Positions 29,091-39,995 of a stretch of DNA of 64,000 nt are shown one piece after another. Within the stretch, counting starts at the first letter, position 1, and each line of letters begins with the position of its first letter. Source of the DNA: an uncultured SAR86 cluster bacterium (lineage in GTDB: Bacteria; Pseudomonadota; Gammaproteobacteria; Magnimaribacterales; AG-339-G14); contig CACEOL010000004.1 of the NCBI GenBank assembly GCA_902561325.1, positions 8,349 to 72,348 of the forward strand. Reading direction: 5' to 3'. The notes under the pieces are model-generated. The model was not told the origin of the DNA. It searched no databases and saw only the letters and a list, made by a program, of their open reading frames with translations. Both the position numbers and the translations under genes were made by a program.

Positions 29091-30183
29091 GCGAAGAAAA
29101 AGCAGACTGATTCACGTCGGAAATGTTCCCGTGGGGGGGGACTCAGAGATAACAGTTCAGAGCATGACTAATACTTTGACAACTGACACAAAAAAAACTG
29201 TAGAACAAATCAAAGAGTTAGAAAAAGTTGGAGCAGATTTAATAAGAGTTTCTGTTCCAGACGAAGATTCTGCAAAAGCCTTTAGAAAAATAAAAGAACA
29301 AGCAAAAGTACCATTAATTGCTGATATTCACTTTGATTATAAAATCGCTATTCAGGTAGCAGAACAAGGTGCGGATTGTTTAAGAATTAATCCTGGAAAT
29401 ATCGGTAACGAAAAAAAAGTAAAAGAAGTAATTGCTTGCGCATCGCATCACGATATTCCAATTAGGATTGGAGTAAATGCAGGTTCTCTTGAAAAAAAAC
29501 TACAAAAAAAATATGGAGAACCAAATTCTGATGCATTAGTAGAATCAGCTATGAATCATGTAAATATTTTAAAGAAACAAAATTTTGAAAATTTTAAACT
29601 TAGTATCAAAGCCTCTGATATCTATATGATGACAGAAAGTTACAGAAAAATTAGTTCCCTGATTGATCAACCCCTTCACTTAGGTTTGACTGAAGCTGGC
29701 GGACAAAGGAGTGGAACTATTAAATCATCAATAGCAATTGGACAACTTCTTTCAGAAGGCATAGGCGATACAATAAGAGTATCTCTAGCTTCAGATCCGT
29801 GTGAAGAAATTAAAGTAGGATTCGATATTTTAAGGTCTTTAAAATTAAGAAAGAAAGGTATTAATTTCGTCGCCTGTCCAAGCTGTGCAAGACAAAATTT
29901 TGATGTCATAAAAACAATGAATGAACTTGAATCTAGACTCGAAGATGTAACCGAAAATATAGATGTTGCCGTTATTGGTTGTTATGTAAATGGACCAGGA
30001 GAATCTAAAGCTGCGGATGTTGGCTTAACAGGAGCTTCGCCAAATAATCTTGTGTACATTGATGGAAAGGCAGATCATAAACTCTCAAATAAGAATCTTG
30101 TTGATTCTCTTGAAAAATTAATAAGGAAGAAAGCAAAAAAAATTAAACAATCTAAAAGTAAGCTTTCCATTAAAGAGGTCTAA
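29071..30183 (+). CDS. ispG: HMBPP synthase
   Basis: [47 protein letters not shown]. Confidence 0.97.
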   Translation: MNQLEIKRRKSRLIHVGNVPVGGDSEITVQSMTNTLTTDTKKTVEQIKELEKVGADLIRVSVPDEDSAKAFRKIKEQAKVPLIADIHFDYKIAIQVAEQGADCLRINPGNIGNEKKVKEVIACASHHDIPIRIGVNAGSLEKKLQKKYGEPNSDALVESAMNHVNILKKQNFENFKLSIKASDIYMMTESYRKISSLIDQPLHLGLTEAGGQRSGTIKSSIAIGQLLSEGIGDTIRVSLASDPCEEIKVGFDILRSLKLRKKGINFVACPSCARQNFDVIKTMNELESRLEDVTENIDVAVIGCYVNGPGESKAADVGLTGASPNNLVYIDGKADHKLSNKNLVDSLEKLIRKKAKKIKQSKSKLSIKEV

Positions 30184-30188
30184 CCATT

Positions 30189-31439
30189 ATGAAAAAGATT
30201 TCAAAGTTGCGAGGAATGCAAGATACAGACCCTATTGAAACAGCCAAAATTAATTTTGTGGAAAACAGCTTTAGTGAGATTTCCAAAAGTTATGGCTATC
30301 AAGAGGTGAGATTCCCAATCATAGAAAGCACAGATTTATTTAAAAGATCCGTTGGTGATCAATCGGACATAGTGAATAAAGAAATGTTTACTTTTGAAAG
30401 TAAAAGCGGGAAATCAATTACGCTTAGACCAGAAGGTACAGCAGGATGTATGCGCATGGCTATAGAAACTGGATTACTAGATGCTGGCCAACAAAGACTA
30501 TCTTATAAAGGCCCAATGTTCAGATACGAACGCCCTCAAAAAGGTCGATCTCGCCAATTTCAACAACTAAGTTTGGAGGCATATGGCTTTAATGATTATG
30601 CCATTGATTTAGAAATGCTTGAGATATCAAATTTTCTTTTTGATGAACTATCAGTTAAAAAAGAAATGACCTTAGAAATTAATTCTATTGGCTCTCAAAA
30701 AGATCAAAAAGACTACTCTCAAAAATTAAAAGATTATTTTTTAAAATATAAAAAGGATCTAGATGAGGATAGCTTAAAAAGATTAGAAAAAAATCCCTTG
30801 AGAATTTTAGATTCAAAAAATAAAGATTTAGAAAATCTTATTAAAGAAGCCCCTAAGATTGATAAATCAATCTCAAAGGAATCTCAAGAAAACTTTTCTT
30901 TAATAAAAAACTATCTAGAGAATCTAGAAATCCAATACAAGGAAAATCCCCTTTTAGTTAGGGGGTTGGATTATTACAACGATTTGGTTTTTGAATGGAA
31001 ATCGAATTCAATTGGTTCTCAAGATACTATTTGTGGAGGAGGTAGATATGATTCTTTATCTAGAGTGATTGGTGGAAGAGAAACTAATGCTATTGGCTTA
31101 TCAATAGGCCTTGAAAGACTATGTTTGTTAATTGAAGATTCAATGGTAGAAGATACAAAATCATTATTAATAGTATCTCTTGAAGACTCCTTTTTCCTAG
31201 ATGGAATGAAACTAGCTTCGTCTCTGAGAAAGAAATTAAAAAACTTTTCAATTCAATTTTCTGGGAAAGAAAAAAATTTAAAAACCCTCCTAAAAAAAGC
31301 AAACAAAAAAAATACTGATTTCATGGTTATAATTGGCCGAGAAGAGATTAAAAATAATTCTTATACCTTAAAAAAACTTTCAATGAATCAAGAAATGAAA
31401 ATTGATAATTTTGATTCTTTATTAAAAAATCTGAAATAA
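30189..31439 (+). CDS. hisS: histidyl-tRNA synthetase
   Basis: LRPEGTA, FRYERPQKGR, LVRGLDYY, GGRYD. Confidence 0.97.
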   Translation: MKKISKLRGMQDTDPIETAKINFVENSFSEISKSYGYQEVRFPIIESTDLFKRSVGDQSDIVNKEMFTFESKSGKSITLRPEGTAGCMRMAIETGLLDAGQQRLSYKGPMFRYERPQKGRSRQFQQLSLEAYGFNDYAIDLEMLEISNFLFDELSVKKEMTLEINSIGSQKDQKDYSQKLKDYFLKYKKDLDEDSLKRLEKNPLRILDSKNKDLENLIKEAPKIDKSISKESQENFSLIKNYLENLEIQYKENPLLVRGLDYYNDLVFEWKSNSIGSQDTICGGGRYDSLSRVIGGRETNAIGLSIGLERLCLLIEDSMVEDTKSLLIVSLEDSFFLDGMKLASSLRKKLKNFSIQFSGKEKNLKTLLKKANKKNTDFMVIIGREEIKNNSYTLKKLSMNQEMKIDNFDSLLKNLK

Positions 31440-31444
31440 ATTAA

Positions 31445-32071
31445 ATGAGTCTTCTTAATAAAATCTATAGTTGGATTCTTAAAAATTACATTAAGGTGAT
31501 TTCATTTCTTTTAATTTTAGGTTTAGCCTATGGAATTTATATTTATTTCTATTTTATGGCTCAAAAAAAAGACCAAGAGGCAGGAGATTTATTTCTAAAT
31601 TTTTATAATTCATATTCGGCATCTGAATTCAATGAACAAGAATATAAAGTTGTTATAGATGAAATTTCTCAAATTGATAATGCTTCAATTTATTTGGTAA
31701 TGCTTAAATCAATTTATGCGACAGAGTCAGTAGAAAGTAATAATCTGCAAAAAGCTTTAACTGAACTTTTAAATGCAAGAGAAATTTTAAGTTCGAAAGG
31801 AAATGAGTTTAATTTTTTAAAAGAAATAATTGATTTAAGAATGGTAAATATTTTTATTGATTTAGAAGATTTAAAAAGGGCTAACAATATTCTTAAAAAT
31901 ACTTTTACAACCTATCAAACAAACAAACTCATTCTTCAAGGAGACATCTCAGCAATAGAAAAAAAATTTGATGAAGCCAAGCAGAAATATATTGATGCCT
32001 TAGAACAATCAGAAAATGAAACTCAGAAAAATCTTATTAATTTAAAAATTTCTACGTTGACAGAAGGATGA
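31445..32071 (+). CDS. yfgM: YfgM-like membrane-anchored TPR protein
   Basis: N-terminal TM, helical domain with L.GDI...A...Y; lies between hisS and bamB. Confidence 0.7.
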   Translation: MSLLNKIYSWILKNYIKVISFLLILGLAYGIYIYFYFMAQKKDQEAGDLFLNFYNSYSASEFNEQEYKVVIDEISQIDNASIYLVMLKSIYATESVESNNLQKALTELLNAREILSSKGNEFNFLKEIIDLRMVNIFIDLEDLKRANNILKNTFTTYQTNKLILQGDISAIEKKFDEAKQKYIDALEQSENETQKNLINLKISTLTEG

Positions 32072-33198
32072 AATTTAAAAATTTACTTTATTTATTTCTA
32101 TTTATAATTCTTATTGCTTGTGAGACAGGAGCAAAAGAAGTAGAAAAACCTAATGAGTTAAAAAAAGAAATTAATGAGAAGTTTTCTTTTGATAGAAGAT
32201 GGTCAGTAAATGCATTTAAGTCATTACCTATGGGAAAAATTAATATTGCTTCAGATCAAGACAGCATTTTTATATTTGATTCAAAGGGAGAAATTCAAGC
32301 ATTTTCCAATAATGGAAAAAGAATTTGGAACAAGAAACTAGATGTTGATATTTCTACTGGGATAACCCTAGGTTTTAATAAGCTATTGTTGAGTTCTTCA
32401 AACGGAGAAGTATTTTGCCTTTCTAAAGATTCAGGAGAAACTCTTTGGCAATATTCATCTTCGGGAGAAGTTTTATCTCCACCAGCTACAAATGGAGATA
32501 TTGTTGCAATACAGAATATCGATGGCAGAGTAACGGCAGTTGATTTAGAAACAGGAGAGTTTCGATGGGATTATAGAACCGTTATTCCAAACCTAACCTT
32601 GAGAGGAACTTCTGAACCATCATTTTATGAGGGCTTCCTATATATTGGTTTTGCAAACGGTAATTTGGCAAAAATTGAACCTAGGTCTGGAGTAACTCAA
32701 TGGGAAATACCCATAACGACATCCAAAGAATCATCAGAAATTGGAAGGATTGTAGACATAGATGGAAATTTTGTTTTTTCTAGCGGCATCGCTTTTGTTG
32801 CAACATATCAAGGAGATGTTGCTGCGCTGGATACTAGATCGGGAAGATTTATATGGAAAGAAAAGACCTCTACTGCAAATGACTTGCTTTCTTCCAGAGG
32901 AAAAATAATTTTAATTGATGAAAAAGATCAAGTACTTGCGTATTCTCAAAATTCTGGAAATTTGGAATGGTTCAATAAAGATTTTTTCTTGAGAGAACTT
33001 ACTTCTCCAAATAGATTAAAATCATTGATTGTTTATGGAGATTTTCAGGGCTTTCTCCATGCGTTAGATATTTCTCAGGGTGAACAAGTCGCAAGAAAAA
33101 AAGTCTCTAGATCAAAAATTGTTTCAATATCCACGAAAGATGGAAATGTCTTAACATTGGATTCAAAAGGAAAACTTTCACTCTTTACTTTGCAATGA
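32068..33198 (+). CDS. bamB: outer-membrane assembly lipoprotein BamB
   Basis: Lipobox LIAC, PQQ-type propeller repeats (G...W), LTLRGTS.P, R.VDID. Confidence 0.9.
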   Translation: MKFKNLLYLFLFIILIACETGAKEVEKPNELKKEINEKFSFDRRWSVNAFKSLPMGKINIASDQDSIFIFDSKGEIQAFSNNGKRIWNKKLDVDISTGITLGFNKLLLSSSNGEVFCLSKDSGETLWQYSSSGEVLSPPATNGDIVAIQNIDGRVTAVDLETGEFRWDYRTVIPNLTLRGTSEPSFYEGFLYIGFANGNLAKIEPRSGVTQWEIPITTSKESSEIGRIVDIDGNFVFSSGIAFVATYQGDVAALDTRSGRFIWKEKTSTANDLLSSRGKIILIDEKDQVLAYSQNSGNLEWFNKDFFLRELTSPNRLKSLIVYGDFQGFLHALDISQGEQVARKKVSRSKIVSISTKDGNVLTLDSKGKLSLFTLQ

Positions 33199-33211
33199 TA
33201 TTGTCCCCACC

Positions 33212-34597
33212 ATGGGACCCATAATAGCCATAATCGGAAGGCCGAATGTTGGTAAATCTTCCCTTTTTAATAAAATAATCGGAGAAGATAAAGCCATTAT
33301 TGCTGATTTTTCAGGATTAACTAGAGATAGGCTTTATGGAAATTTTTCATTTAAATCTAAAAATTTCTCAATCATAGATACAGGAGGAATTTCAGATGAA
33401 AGAGAAGAAATAAATCTTCTTATACTTAAAGAAATAGAAAAGGCTATAGAAGAAGCTAATGGTTTTATTTTTTTAGTAGATGCTGAATATGGCTTAAGCC
33501 AAGATGATTATAAGATTCATGAAATTCTCAGAAAATCTGGAAAAAAATATATTCTTACCCTTAATAAATCTGAACTAAAGTCTTCAGAAAAAAACATAAA
33601 TGACTTTTATCAGCTTGGAGTTAACAGTTTCATAAAAGTATCTGCTAAAAATGGTTTAGGTATAAAAAACCTCAAAGAAGAATTATTCAATCAATTTCAT
33701 GTCGAAAAAACCTCTAACCTTGAAAAAGAAATTAATAGTAAAAACATTAAGTTGAGTATTTTAGGAAAACCAAATGCCGGAAAATCTACTTTATTTAATT
33801 CTATAGTTAAAGAAAATCGCTCTATTGTTTCTGCTAAGGCAGGTACAACTAGAGACGCCATCTCTAAATCAATTTTTTTTAAAAACGACAAGATAGAACT
33901 TTTTGATACTGCGGGCTTAAGAAAAAAATCAAAAGTAAATCAAGCAATCGAAATTTTTTCTGTTTCCAAAGCTATTTCGAGTATGAGATCTTCTTCTGGA
34001 GTCCTTTATTTAATTGATGGAAAAGAAAATATTACTGATCAAGATTTACATCTTATATCTTTAATCGTTTCTGCTGGAAAACCTTTGATTTTAGGAATCA
34101 ACAAATCAGACAAGCTATCTCAGTATGACAAATCAAATTTAACTAGGTCCATCAATAAAAAATTAGCATTCATGTCCGGTTTATCCATTCATTATATTTC
34201 AGCAAAACAAGATAGAGGTACTGCTAAAATATTTAAAGAGCTTGTAAAGCTTATAAAAAAAAGCGTTAAGAAAATTGATACTTCAAAGCTGAATAACTTG
34301 ATAGAAGAAGCTTCGAAGTTAAATCCTCCTCAGATGTCTGGAAGGTTTAGGCCAAAAATTAAATATGCAAATTTGCTTTCTTCCCAACCTACAATTATCA
34401 GAGTTCAGGGTAACAACTTAGATAAGTTAACAAAACAATATCAAAAATATTTAGAAAATTATTTAAGAAAAAAAATGAACTTTGAAGGCATTCCTATCAA
34501 GTTAGTGTTTAAAAACAATACTAATCCTTTTGGAGCTAAGAAAAACAAACTTACCAAAAAGCAATTAGCTAAGAGAAAAAGGATAGCTAGGCGCTGA
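33212..34597 (+). CDS. der: ribosome biogenesis GTPase Der
   Basis: Two G domains (GRPNVGKS; GKPNAGKS, GTTRD, DTAG) and KH-like tail. Confidence 0.97.
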   Translation: MGPIIAIIGRPNVGKSSLFNKIIGEDKAIIADFSGLTRDRLYGNFSFKSKNFSIIDTGGISDEREEINLLILKEIEKAIEEANGFIFLVDAEYGLSQDDYKIHEILRKSGKKYILTLNKSELKSSEKNINDFYQLGVNSFIKVSAKNGLGIKNLKEELFNQFHVEKTSNLEKEINSKNIKLSILGKPNAGKSTLFNSIVKENRSIVSAKAGTTRDAISKSIFFKNDKIELFDTAGLRKKSKVNQAIEIFSVSKAISSMRSSSGVLYLIDGKENITDQDLHLISLIVSAGKPLILGINKSDKLSQYDKSNLTRSINKKLAFMSGLSIHYISAKQDRGTAKIFKELVKLIKKSVKKIDTSKLNNLIEEASKLNPPQMSGRFRPKIKYANLLSSQPTIIRVQGNNLDKLTKQYQKYLENYLRKKMNFEGIPIKLVFKNNTNPFGAKKNKLTKKQLAKRKRIARR

Positions 34598-34632
34598 TAA
34601 GATAGATTTTACAATATAATGCACTTTTTGAG

Positions 34633-35001
34633 ATGAATTCGCCTAGATATTTAAATCTATTTAAAATCGCTTTACCTTTGCCAGGGATTTCTTCTATTTT
34701 GCATAGAATTTCAGCAGTTGCTATTTTTGTATTATCTCTTCCAATGATGGGAATTTTGGTTTTTTCATTGAGTTCTAAAGCGAATTACGAAATCATTATT
34801 TTATTATTTGAAAATATTCTTTTTAAGAGCTTGTTTTTCCTTTTCATTACGGCAATTTTTTATCATTTTGTCTCTGGCCTAAGACATTTAGTAATGGATT
34901 TTGGATATTGGGAAACTCTTAGAGCTGGTAGGATGTCTGCTCTTGCTACTTTTATTTCAACTGGATTATTTTTCTTTTCTTTTCTGTTTTTAGCATGGTA
35001 A
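34633..35001 (+). CDS. sdhC: succinate dehydrogenase cytochrome b556 subunit
   Basis: SSILHRIS, YHFVSGLRHLVMD. Confidence 0.92.
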   Translation: MNSPRYLNLFKIALPLPGISSILHRISAVAIFVLSLPMMGILVFSLSSKANYEIIILLFENILFKSLFFLFITAIFYHFVSGLRHLVMDFGYWETLRAGRMSALATFISTGLFFFSFLFLAW

Positions 35002-35357
35002 CGAAGTTATATAAATTAAAGAAAACAGGAATCTTTGATTATGTTTTTGTAAGAATCACGGCAGTAATTCAGGCAGTATATTTTTCAGTTATAACCTTCT
35101 ATTGGTTAGTCAATAGAGACTTTAAATACGAACAACTATCTGGCTTTTTTGATATTCTCATCATAGAAATTTTTACGGTAATAGTTGCTATTTCAATTGC
35201 TTATCATTCTGTGCAAGGAATTTGGAATGTTGCAACGGATTATCTTACCCAAGCGCAGATTGGTGCTACGGCTAAAGTTCTTAGACCTGCAGTTATAGGT
35301 TTTAGCTGGTTCCAAGCTCTTGGATTAATTGTTTGTAGTTTTTATATTTTAGGTTAG
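34995..35357 (+). CDS. sdhD: succinate dehydrogenase membrane anchor
   Basis: RITAV, H...GIW.VATDY; position between sdhC and sdhA. Confidence 0.88.
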   Translation: MVTKLYKLKKTGIFDYVFVRITAVIQAVYFSVITFYWLVNRDFKYEQLSGFFDILIIEIFTVIVAISIAYHSVQGIWNVATDYLTQAQIGATAKVLRPAVIGFSWFQALGLIVCSFYILG

Positions 35358-35362
35358 TAATT

Positions 35363-37168
35363 ATGGCAATGAATGGAAAAGGCACTCTTTTAGATGCATC
35401 AACTTTACCCGTGAAGGAATTTGATGGAATTATTGTTGGTGGTGGCGGTTCTGGAATGATGGCTTCTCTTCAGCTCGCTAAATCGGGAATGAATACGGCT
35501 GTTGTTTCCAAAGTGTTTCCAACTCGTTCTCATACCGTTTCTGCTCAAGGCGGTATCACTTGTTCAATTCAAAGTGCAGATCCAGATGACGACTGGAGAT
35601 GGCATATGTTTGATACAGTCAAAGGCTCTGATTTCATCGGAGATCAAGACTCCATAGAATACATGTGTAAAGAAGGTCCTGAAGCAATATTTGAATTGGA
35701 AAATATGGGATTGCCTTTTTCTAGAACTGAAGAAGGCAAAATTTATCAAAGAGCATTCGGAGGTCAGTCAAAAGATTATGGAAAAGGAGGTCAGGCTGAG
35801 AGAACTTGTGCTGCTGCTGATAGAACAGGGCATGCTCTTTTGCACACTCTTTTCCAAGCAAACGTTAAAGCGGGAACTAACTTTCTTTCAGAGTGGTTTG
35901 CAGTTGATCTTGTAAAAAATCAAAGTGAGCAGGTTGTTGGAGTTATTGCTTTTGAAATTGAATCGGGTGAACCATACTTTTTAAAATCTAAAGCTACTGT
36001 TTTAGCCACCGGAGGAGCAGGAAGGATATATCAAACAACTTCAAACGCCCTTATCAACACCGGTGATGGTACTGGAATGGCATTGAGAGCAGGCTTTCCA
36101 GTACAAGATATGGAGATGTGGCAGTTTCATCCAACAGGTATTCATGGTCATGGAACTTTAGTAACTGAAGGCTGCAGAGGAGAAGGTGGTTACTTGGTGA
36201 ACAAAGATGGTGAACGATTCATGGAAAGATATGCGCCTAATTATAAAGATTTAGCTAGCAGAGATGTTGTTGCAAGATCAATGTTTACTGAAATCCTTGA
36301 AGGTAGAGGCTGTGGTCCAGATGCTGATCACGTTTATTTAAAACTCGATCATCTAGGGCCAGAAATTGTTCACAAAAGACTACCTGGAGTAACAGAATTA
36401 TCAAAAAGGTTTGCTCATGTTGATCCTGCAGAACATCCTATTCCGGTTGTTCCTACATGTCATTATGCAATGGGAGGCATTCCAACAAATGTACATGGCC
36501 AGGTTATTTCTCAAAATTCTGACGGTACGGATAAAATCATAGATGGTCTATATGCTGCAGGAGAAGCAGCTTGTGTCTCCGTTCATGGCGGTAATCGTTT
36601 AGGAGGAAATTCTCTTCTAGATTTAATTGTTTTTGGAAGATCCGCTGGATTACACATAGAAGAAAGTTTCAAGTCAGGCATAAAAATGGATAATCCTTCA
36701 CCTGATGATGTCGACTATGCTCTTAGAAATCTCAACAGAGTGAACATCAGCCAATCTGGTGAAAACTTTGTAGAAGTTAAGAAAGACTTACAAAAAACAA
36801 TGCAAATGAATTTTGGAGTATTTAGAACTGAAGAATTGATGGAAAACGGCATTAAAGAAGTTTCCAATCTTAGAGATAAATCTCAAAATATTCATCTTGC
36901 TGACAAATCTTCTCAGTTTAATACAGCCAGAGTTGAAGCTTTGGAACTTCTCAATCTAATCGAAGTCGCTGAAGCCACTGCAATCAGTGCAAACGAAAGA
37001 AAAGAAAGTAGAGGAGCTCACTCCAGAGAAGATTACCCAGATAGAGATGATGAAAATTGGCTCAAACACTCAATTTATTTTTCTGATACTAAGCAAGTAT
37101 CTAAAAGAGAAGTTAATTTTAGACCTAAACAGGTTCAAGCTTTCCAACCAATTGTCAGGACTTATTAA
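35363..37168 (+). CDS. sdhA: succinate dehydrogenase flavoprotein
   Basis: [44 protein letters not shown]. Confidence 0.98.
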   Translation: MAMNGKGTLLDASTLPVKEFDGIIVGGGGSGMMASLQLAKSGMNTAVVSKVFPTRSHTVSAQGGITCSIQSADPDDDWRWHMFDTVKGSDFIGDQDSIEYMCKEGPEAIFELENMGLPFSRTEEGKIYQRAFGGQSKDYGKGGQAERTCAAADRTGHALLHTLFQANVKAGTNFLSEWFAVDLVKNQSEQVVGVIAFEIESGEPYFLKSKATVLATGGAGRIYQTTSNALINTGDGTGMALRAGFPVQDMEMWQFHPTGIHGHGTLVTEGCRGEGGYLVNKDGERFMERYAPNYKDLASRDVVARSMFTEILEGRGCGPDADHVYLKLDHLGPEIVHKRLPGVTELSKRFAHVDPAEHPIPVVPTCHYAMGGIPTNVHGQVISQNSDGTDKIIDGLYAAGEAACVSVHGGNRLGGNSLLDLIVFGRSAGLHIEESFKSGIKMDNPSPDDVDYALRNLNRVNISQSGENFVEVKKDLQKTMQMNFGVFRTEELMENGIKEVSNLRDKSQNIHLADKSSQFNTARVEALELLNLIEVAEATAISANERKESRGAHSREDYPDRDDENWLKHSIYFSDTKQVSKREVNFRPKQVQAFQPIVRTY

Positions 37169-37908
37169 TGAATGCAATTTCAGCAAGTGAAATCAAAACT
37201 CTTCGATTGAGTATCTACAGATACGACCCTCTGAAGGAAGAAAAGCCATACATGCAGGACTTTGATATTGATATACCTGCAGAAAAAGATTTGATGGTTT
37301 TAGATGTCTTGATGCTTGCAAAGGAACAAGATCCATCAATTTCTTTCAGAAGATCTTGTCGTGAGGGAGTTTGTGGATCTGACGGTTTAAACATAAATGG
37401 TAAAAATGGGCTTGGATGTATTACGCCTCTATCTGATGCAGTCAAATCTAATAAGCTTTCCATCAGACCTCTACCAGGGCTACCTGTAATAAAAGACTTA
37501 ATTGTTGATATGAAACAATTTGTTGATCAGTATAAAAAAGTGAAACCATATCTAATTACTGATAAAAAAGTCGATACTAGAAAAGCCATTCCTCAAACAA
37601 TCGAGGAAAGAGAAAAATTAGATGGCCTTTACGAGTGCATAATGTGCGGTTGCTGCTCTACTGCCTGCCCATCCTTCTGGTGGAACCCTGATAAATTTTT
37701 GGGACCAGCAGCTCTATTACAAGCATACAGATTTATTGCTGACAGTAGAGATACAGCTACAGAAGAAAGATTAGAGCAACTAGAAGATGCTTTTAGCGTT
37801 TTCAGATGTCATGGAATTATGAACTGCGTTTCAGTCTGCCCTAAAGGCTTAAACCCTACAAAAGCAATTGGTGAAATTAAAAAAATGTTAGTTAAAAGAG
37901 CTTTATAA
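37168..37908 (+). CDS. sdhB: succinate dehydrogenase Fe-S subunit
   Basis: RRSCREGVCGSD, CIMCGCCSTACP, CHGIMNCVSVCP. Confidence 0.98.
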   Translation: MNAISASEIKTLRLSIYRYDPLKEEKPYMQDFDIDIPAEKDLMVLDVLMLAKEQDPSISFRRSCREGVCGSDGLNINGKNGLGCITPLSDAVKSNKLSIRPLPGLPVIKDLIVDMKQFVDQYKKVKPYLITDKKVDTRKAIPQTIEEREKLDGLYECIMCGCCSTACPSFWWNPDKFLGPAALLQAYRFIADSRDTATEERLEQLEDAFSVFRCHGIMNCVSVCPKGLNPTKAIGEIKKMLVKRAL

Positions 37909-37918
37909 TACTAACACT

Positions 37919-39076
37919 TTGAATTTACACGAATATCAGTCCAAACAACTTTTAGAAAATTTCGACCTACCAACAGCTAAGTCTGTAGTGGCTTTTTCAT
38001 CTGAAGAAATTTCCAGTCTTATCAGTGAATTAGACGGTGAAGAATTTGTTGTCAAAGTCCAAGTTCATGCAGGCGGAAGAGGGAAAGTAGGTGGAGTTAA
38101 AATAACAAATGACATTGATGAGATTATAGAATTTGCTAAAGATTGGCTTGGAAAGAAATTTGTCAATCACCAGACTGGCAATGAGGGAAAGCCAGTTTCA
38201 GCAATAATGATCGCAGAAAGCACTACAATCCAACAAGAATTTTATCTTGGCGCTGTGATAGACAGGAGTTCTCAATCTTTAGTGGTGATGGCCTCGCCAG
38301 AGGGCGGTATGGATATTGAAAAAGTTGCTGAGGAAAGTCCTGAGAAGATTTTTAAGATAAATGTCAGCAAAAATAAGAAAGAAGAATTTGACGTTCTCCC
38401 TTTGGTTAATGGGCTTGGGTTGTCTTCTAACCAAACCGCAGAATTTAAAAAAATAGTTTCTGGATTGGTAAATTTATTTTTTGAAAAAGATCTTTCTTTG
38501 ATTGAAATCAATCCTTTGGTTGTTGATCAAAATGATTCTCTAAAATGTTTGGATGCAAAAATAAATATTGATGAAAATGCATTGTTTAGACAAGAAGATC
38601 TTTTAAAACTGCGAGATTCTTCGCAGGAAAATCAAAAAGAAATCGAAGCAGCAAAATGGGATCTTAACTATGTGGCCCTGGATGGAAATATAGGATGTAT
38701 GGTGAATGGAGCTGGTCTTGCAATGGCAACAATGGATATCATTAAGCTTTCTGGGGGATTTCCAGCTAATTTTTTAGATGTTGGGGGTACTGTAGATAAA
38801 GAAAGAGTAGCCGAGGCTTTTAAGATTATTCTTTCTGATGAAAAAGTTAAGTCGGTCTTGATAAATATTTTTGGTGGAATTGTAAGGTGCGATGTCGTTG
38901 CCTCTGGGATAGTTTCAGCTGTCTCAGAAGTTGGAGTTGATATACCTGTTATTGTGAGACTCAAAGGTAATAATTCAGAAGAGGCTAAAAAAATTCTATC
39001 TGAAAGCGATCTTAATATTATTTCTGCGGATGATCTCTCAGAAGCAGCTGAATTAGCAGTTAAAAATTCAGGATGA
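37919..39076 (+). CDS. sucC: succinyl-CoA ligase beta subunit
   Basis: [39 protein letters not shown]; TTG start. Confidence 0.97.
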   Translation: MNLHEYQSKQLLENFDLPTAKSVVAFSSEEISSLISELDGEEFVVKVQVHAGGRGKVGGVKITNDIDEIIEFAKDWLGKKFVNHQTGNEGKPVSAIMIAESTTIQQEFYLGAVIDRSSQSLVVMASPEGGMDIEKVAEESPEKIFKINVSKNKKEEFDVLPLVNGLGLSSNQTAEFKKIVSGLVNLFFEKDLSLIEINPLVVDQNDSLKCLDAKINIDENALFRQEDLLKLRDSSQENQKEIEAAKWDLNYVALDGNIGCMVNGAGLAMATMDIIKLSGGFPANFLDVGGTVDKERVAEAFKIILSDEKVKSVLINIFGGIVRCDVVASGIVSAVSEVGVDIPVIVRLKGNNSEEAKKILSESDLNIISADDLSEAAELAVKNSG

Positions 39077-39945
39077 GTATCTTAATTAACAAAGAAACTA
39101 AAGTAATTTGTCAGGGGTTTACTGGAGCACAAGGCACATTGCATTGCAGCCAAGCGATAGACTATGGAACAAATCTTTTAGGTGGAGTCACCCCTGGGAA
39201 GGGCGGGCAAACCCATTTAGATCTTCCAGTCTTCAATTCCGTAAAAGAAGCAAAACAAGTTACCGAGGCAAATGCCAGTATAATTTTTGTTCCCGCCAAA
39301 TTTTGTAAACCTTCAATAATTGAGGCAATAGAAAGCGGTATTGAATTGATAATCTGTATAACCGAAGGTATTCCTACCTTAGATATGTTAGAAGTTAAAG
39401 AATTAGCAGATAAGGAAGGCATAAGAATTATTGGTCCAAATTGCCCAGGAATAATTACTCCAGGTGAATGCAAATTAGGAATTATGCCGGGTTTCATTCA
39501 TAGCCCTGGCAAAGTAGGAATTGTCTCAAGATCGGGTACTCTTACTTATGAAGCAGTTGATCAGACTACTAAAGTAGGCCTTGGACAATCTACTTGTGTA
39601 GGCATAGGCGGCGATCCACTTCCTGGTACAAGCTTTATTGATGTTTTAAAGCTTTTTGAAGAGGATCCTCAAACAGAGGGAATTGTTATGGTAGGAGAAA
39701 TTGGGGGTTCAGCTGAGGAAGAAGCTGCAGAATATATTAAAGAAAAAGTCTCAAAGCCTGTTGTAGGTTATATTGCAGGAGTAAGCGCACCTCCTGGAAA
39801 AAGAATGGGCCATGCAGGTGCGATAATTTCTGGCGGCAAAGGAACAGCAGAAGACAAATTTAATGCCCTAGAAAGTGCTGGTGTAAGGACCGTTAAAAGC
39901 CCATCTGAAATAGGACAATCTATTTTAGAAGAAATGCCTTCTTAA
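39073..39945 (+). CDS. sucD: succinyl-CoA ligase alpha subunit
   Basis: [27 protein letters not shown]. Confidence 0.98.
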   Translation: MSILINKETKVICQGFTGAQGTLHCSQAIDYGTNLLGGVTPGKGGQTHLDLPVFNSVKEAKQVTEANASIIFVPAKFCKPSIIEAIESGIELIICITEGIPTLDMLEVKELADKEGIRIIGPNCPGIITPGECKLGIMPGFIHSPGKVGIVSRSGTLTYEAVDQTTKVGLGQSTCVGIGGDPLPGTSFIDVLKLFEEDPQTEGIVMVGEIGGSAEEEAAEYIKEKVSKPVVGYIAGVSAPPGKRMGHAGAIISGGKGTAEDKFNALESAGVRTVKSPSEIGQSILEEMPS

Positions 39946-39995
39946 GATTTTTTATCCGAAATCTTAAAATCTGTTTTCGACAAGAAACAAAATCC

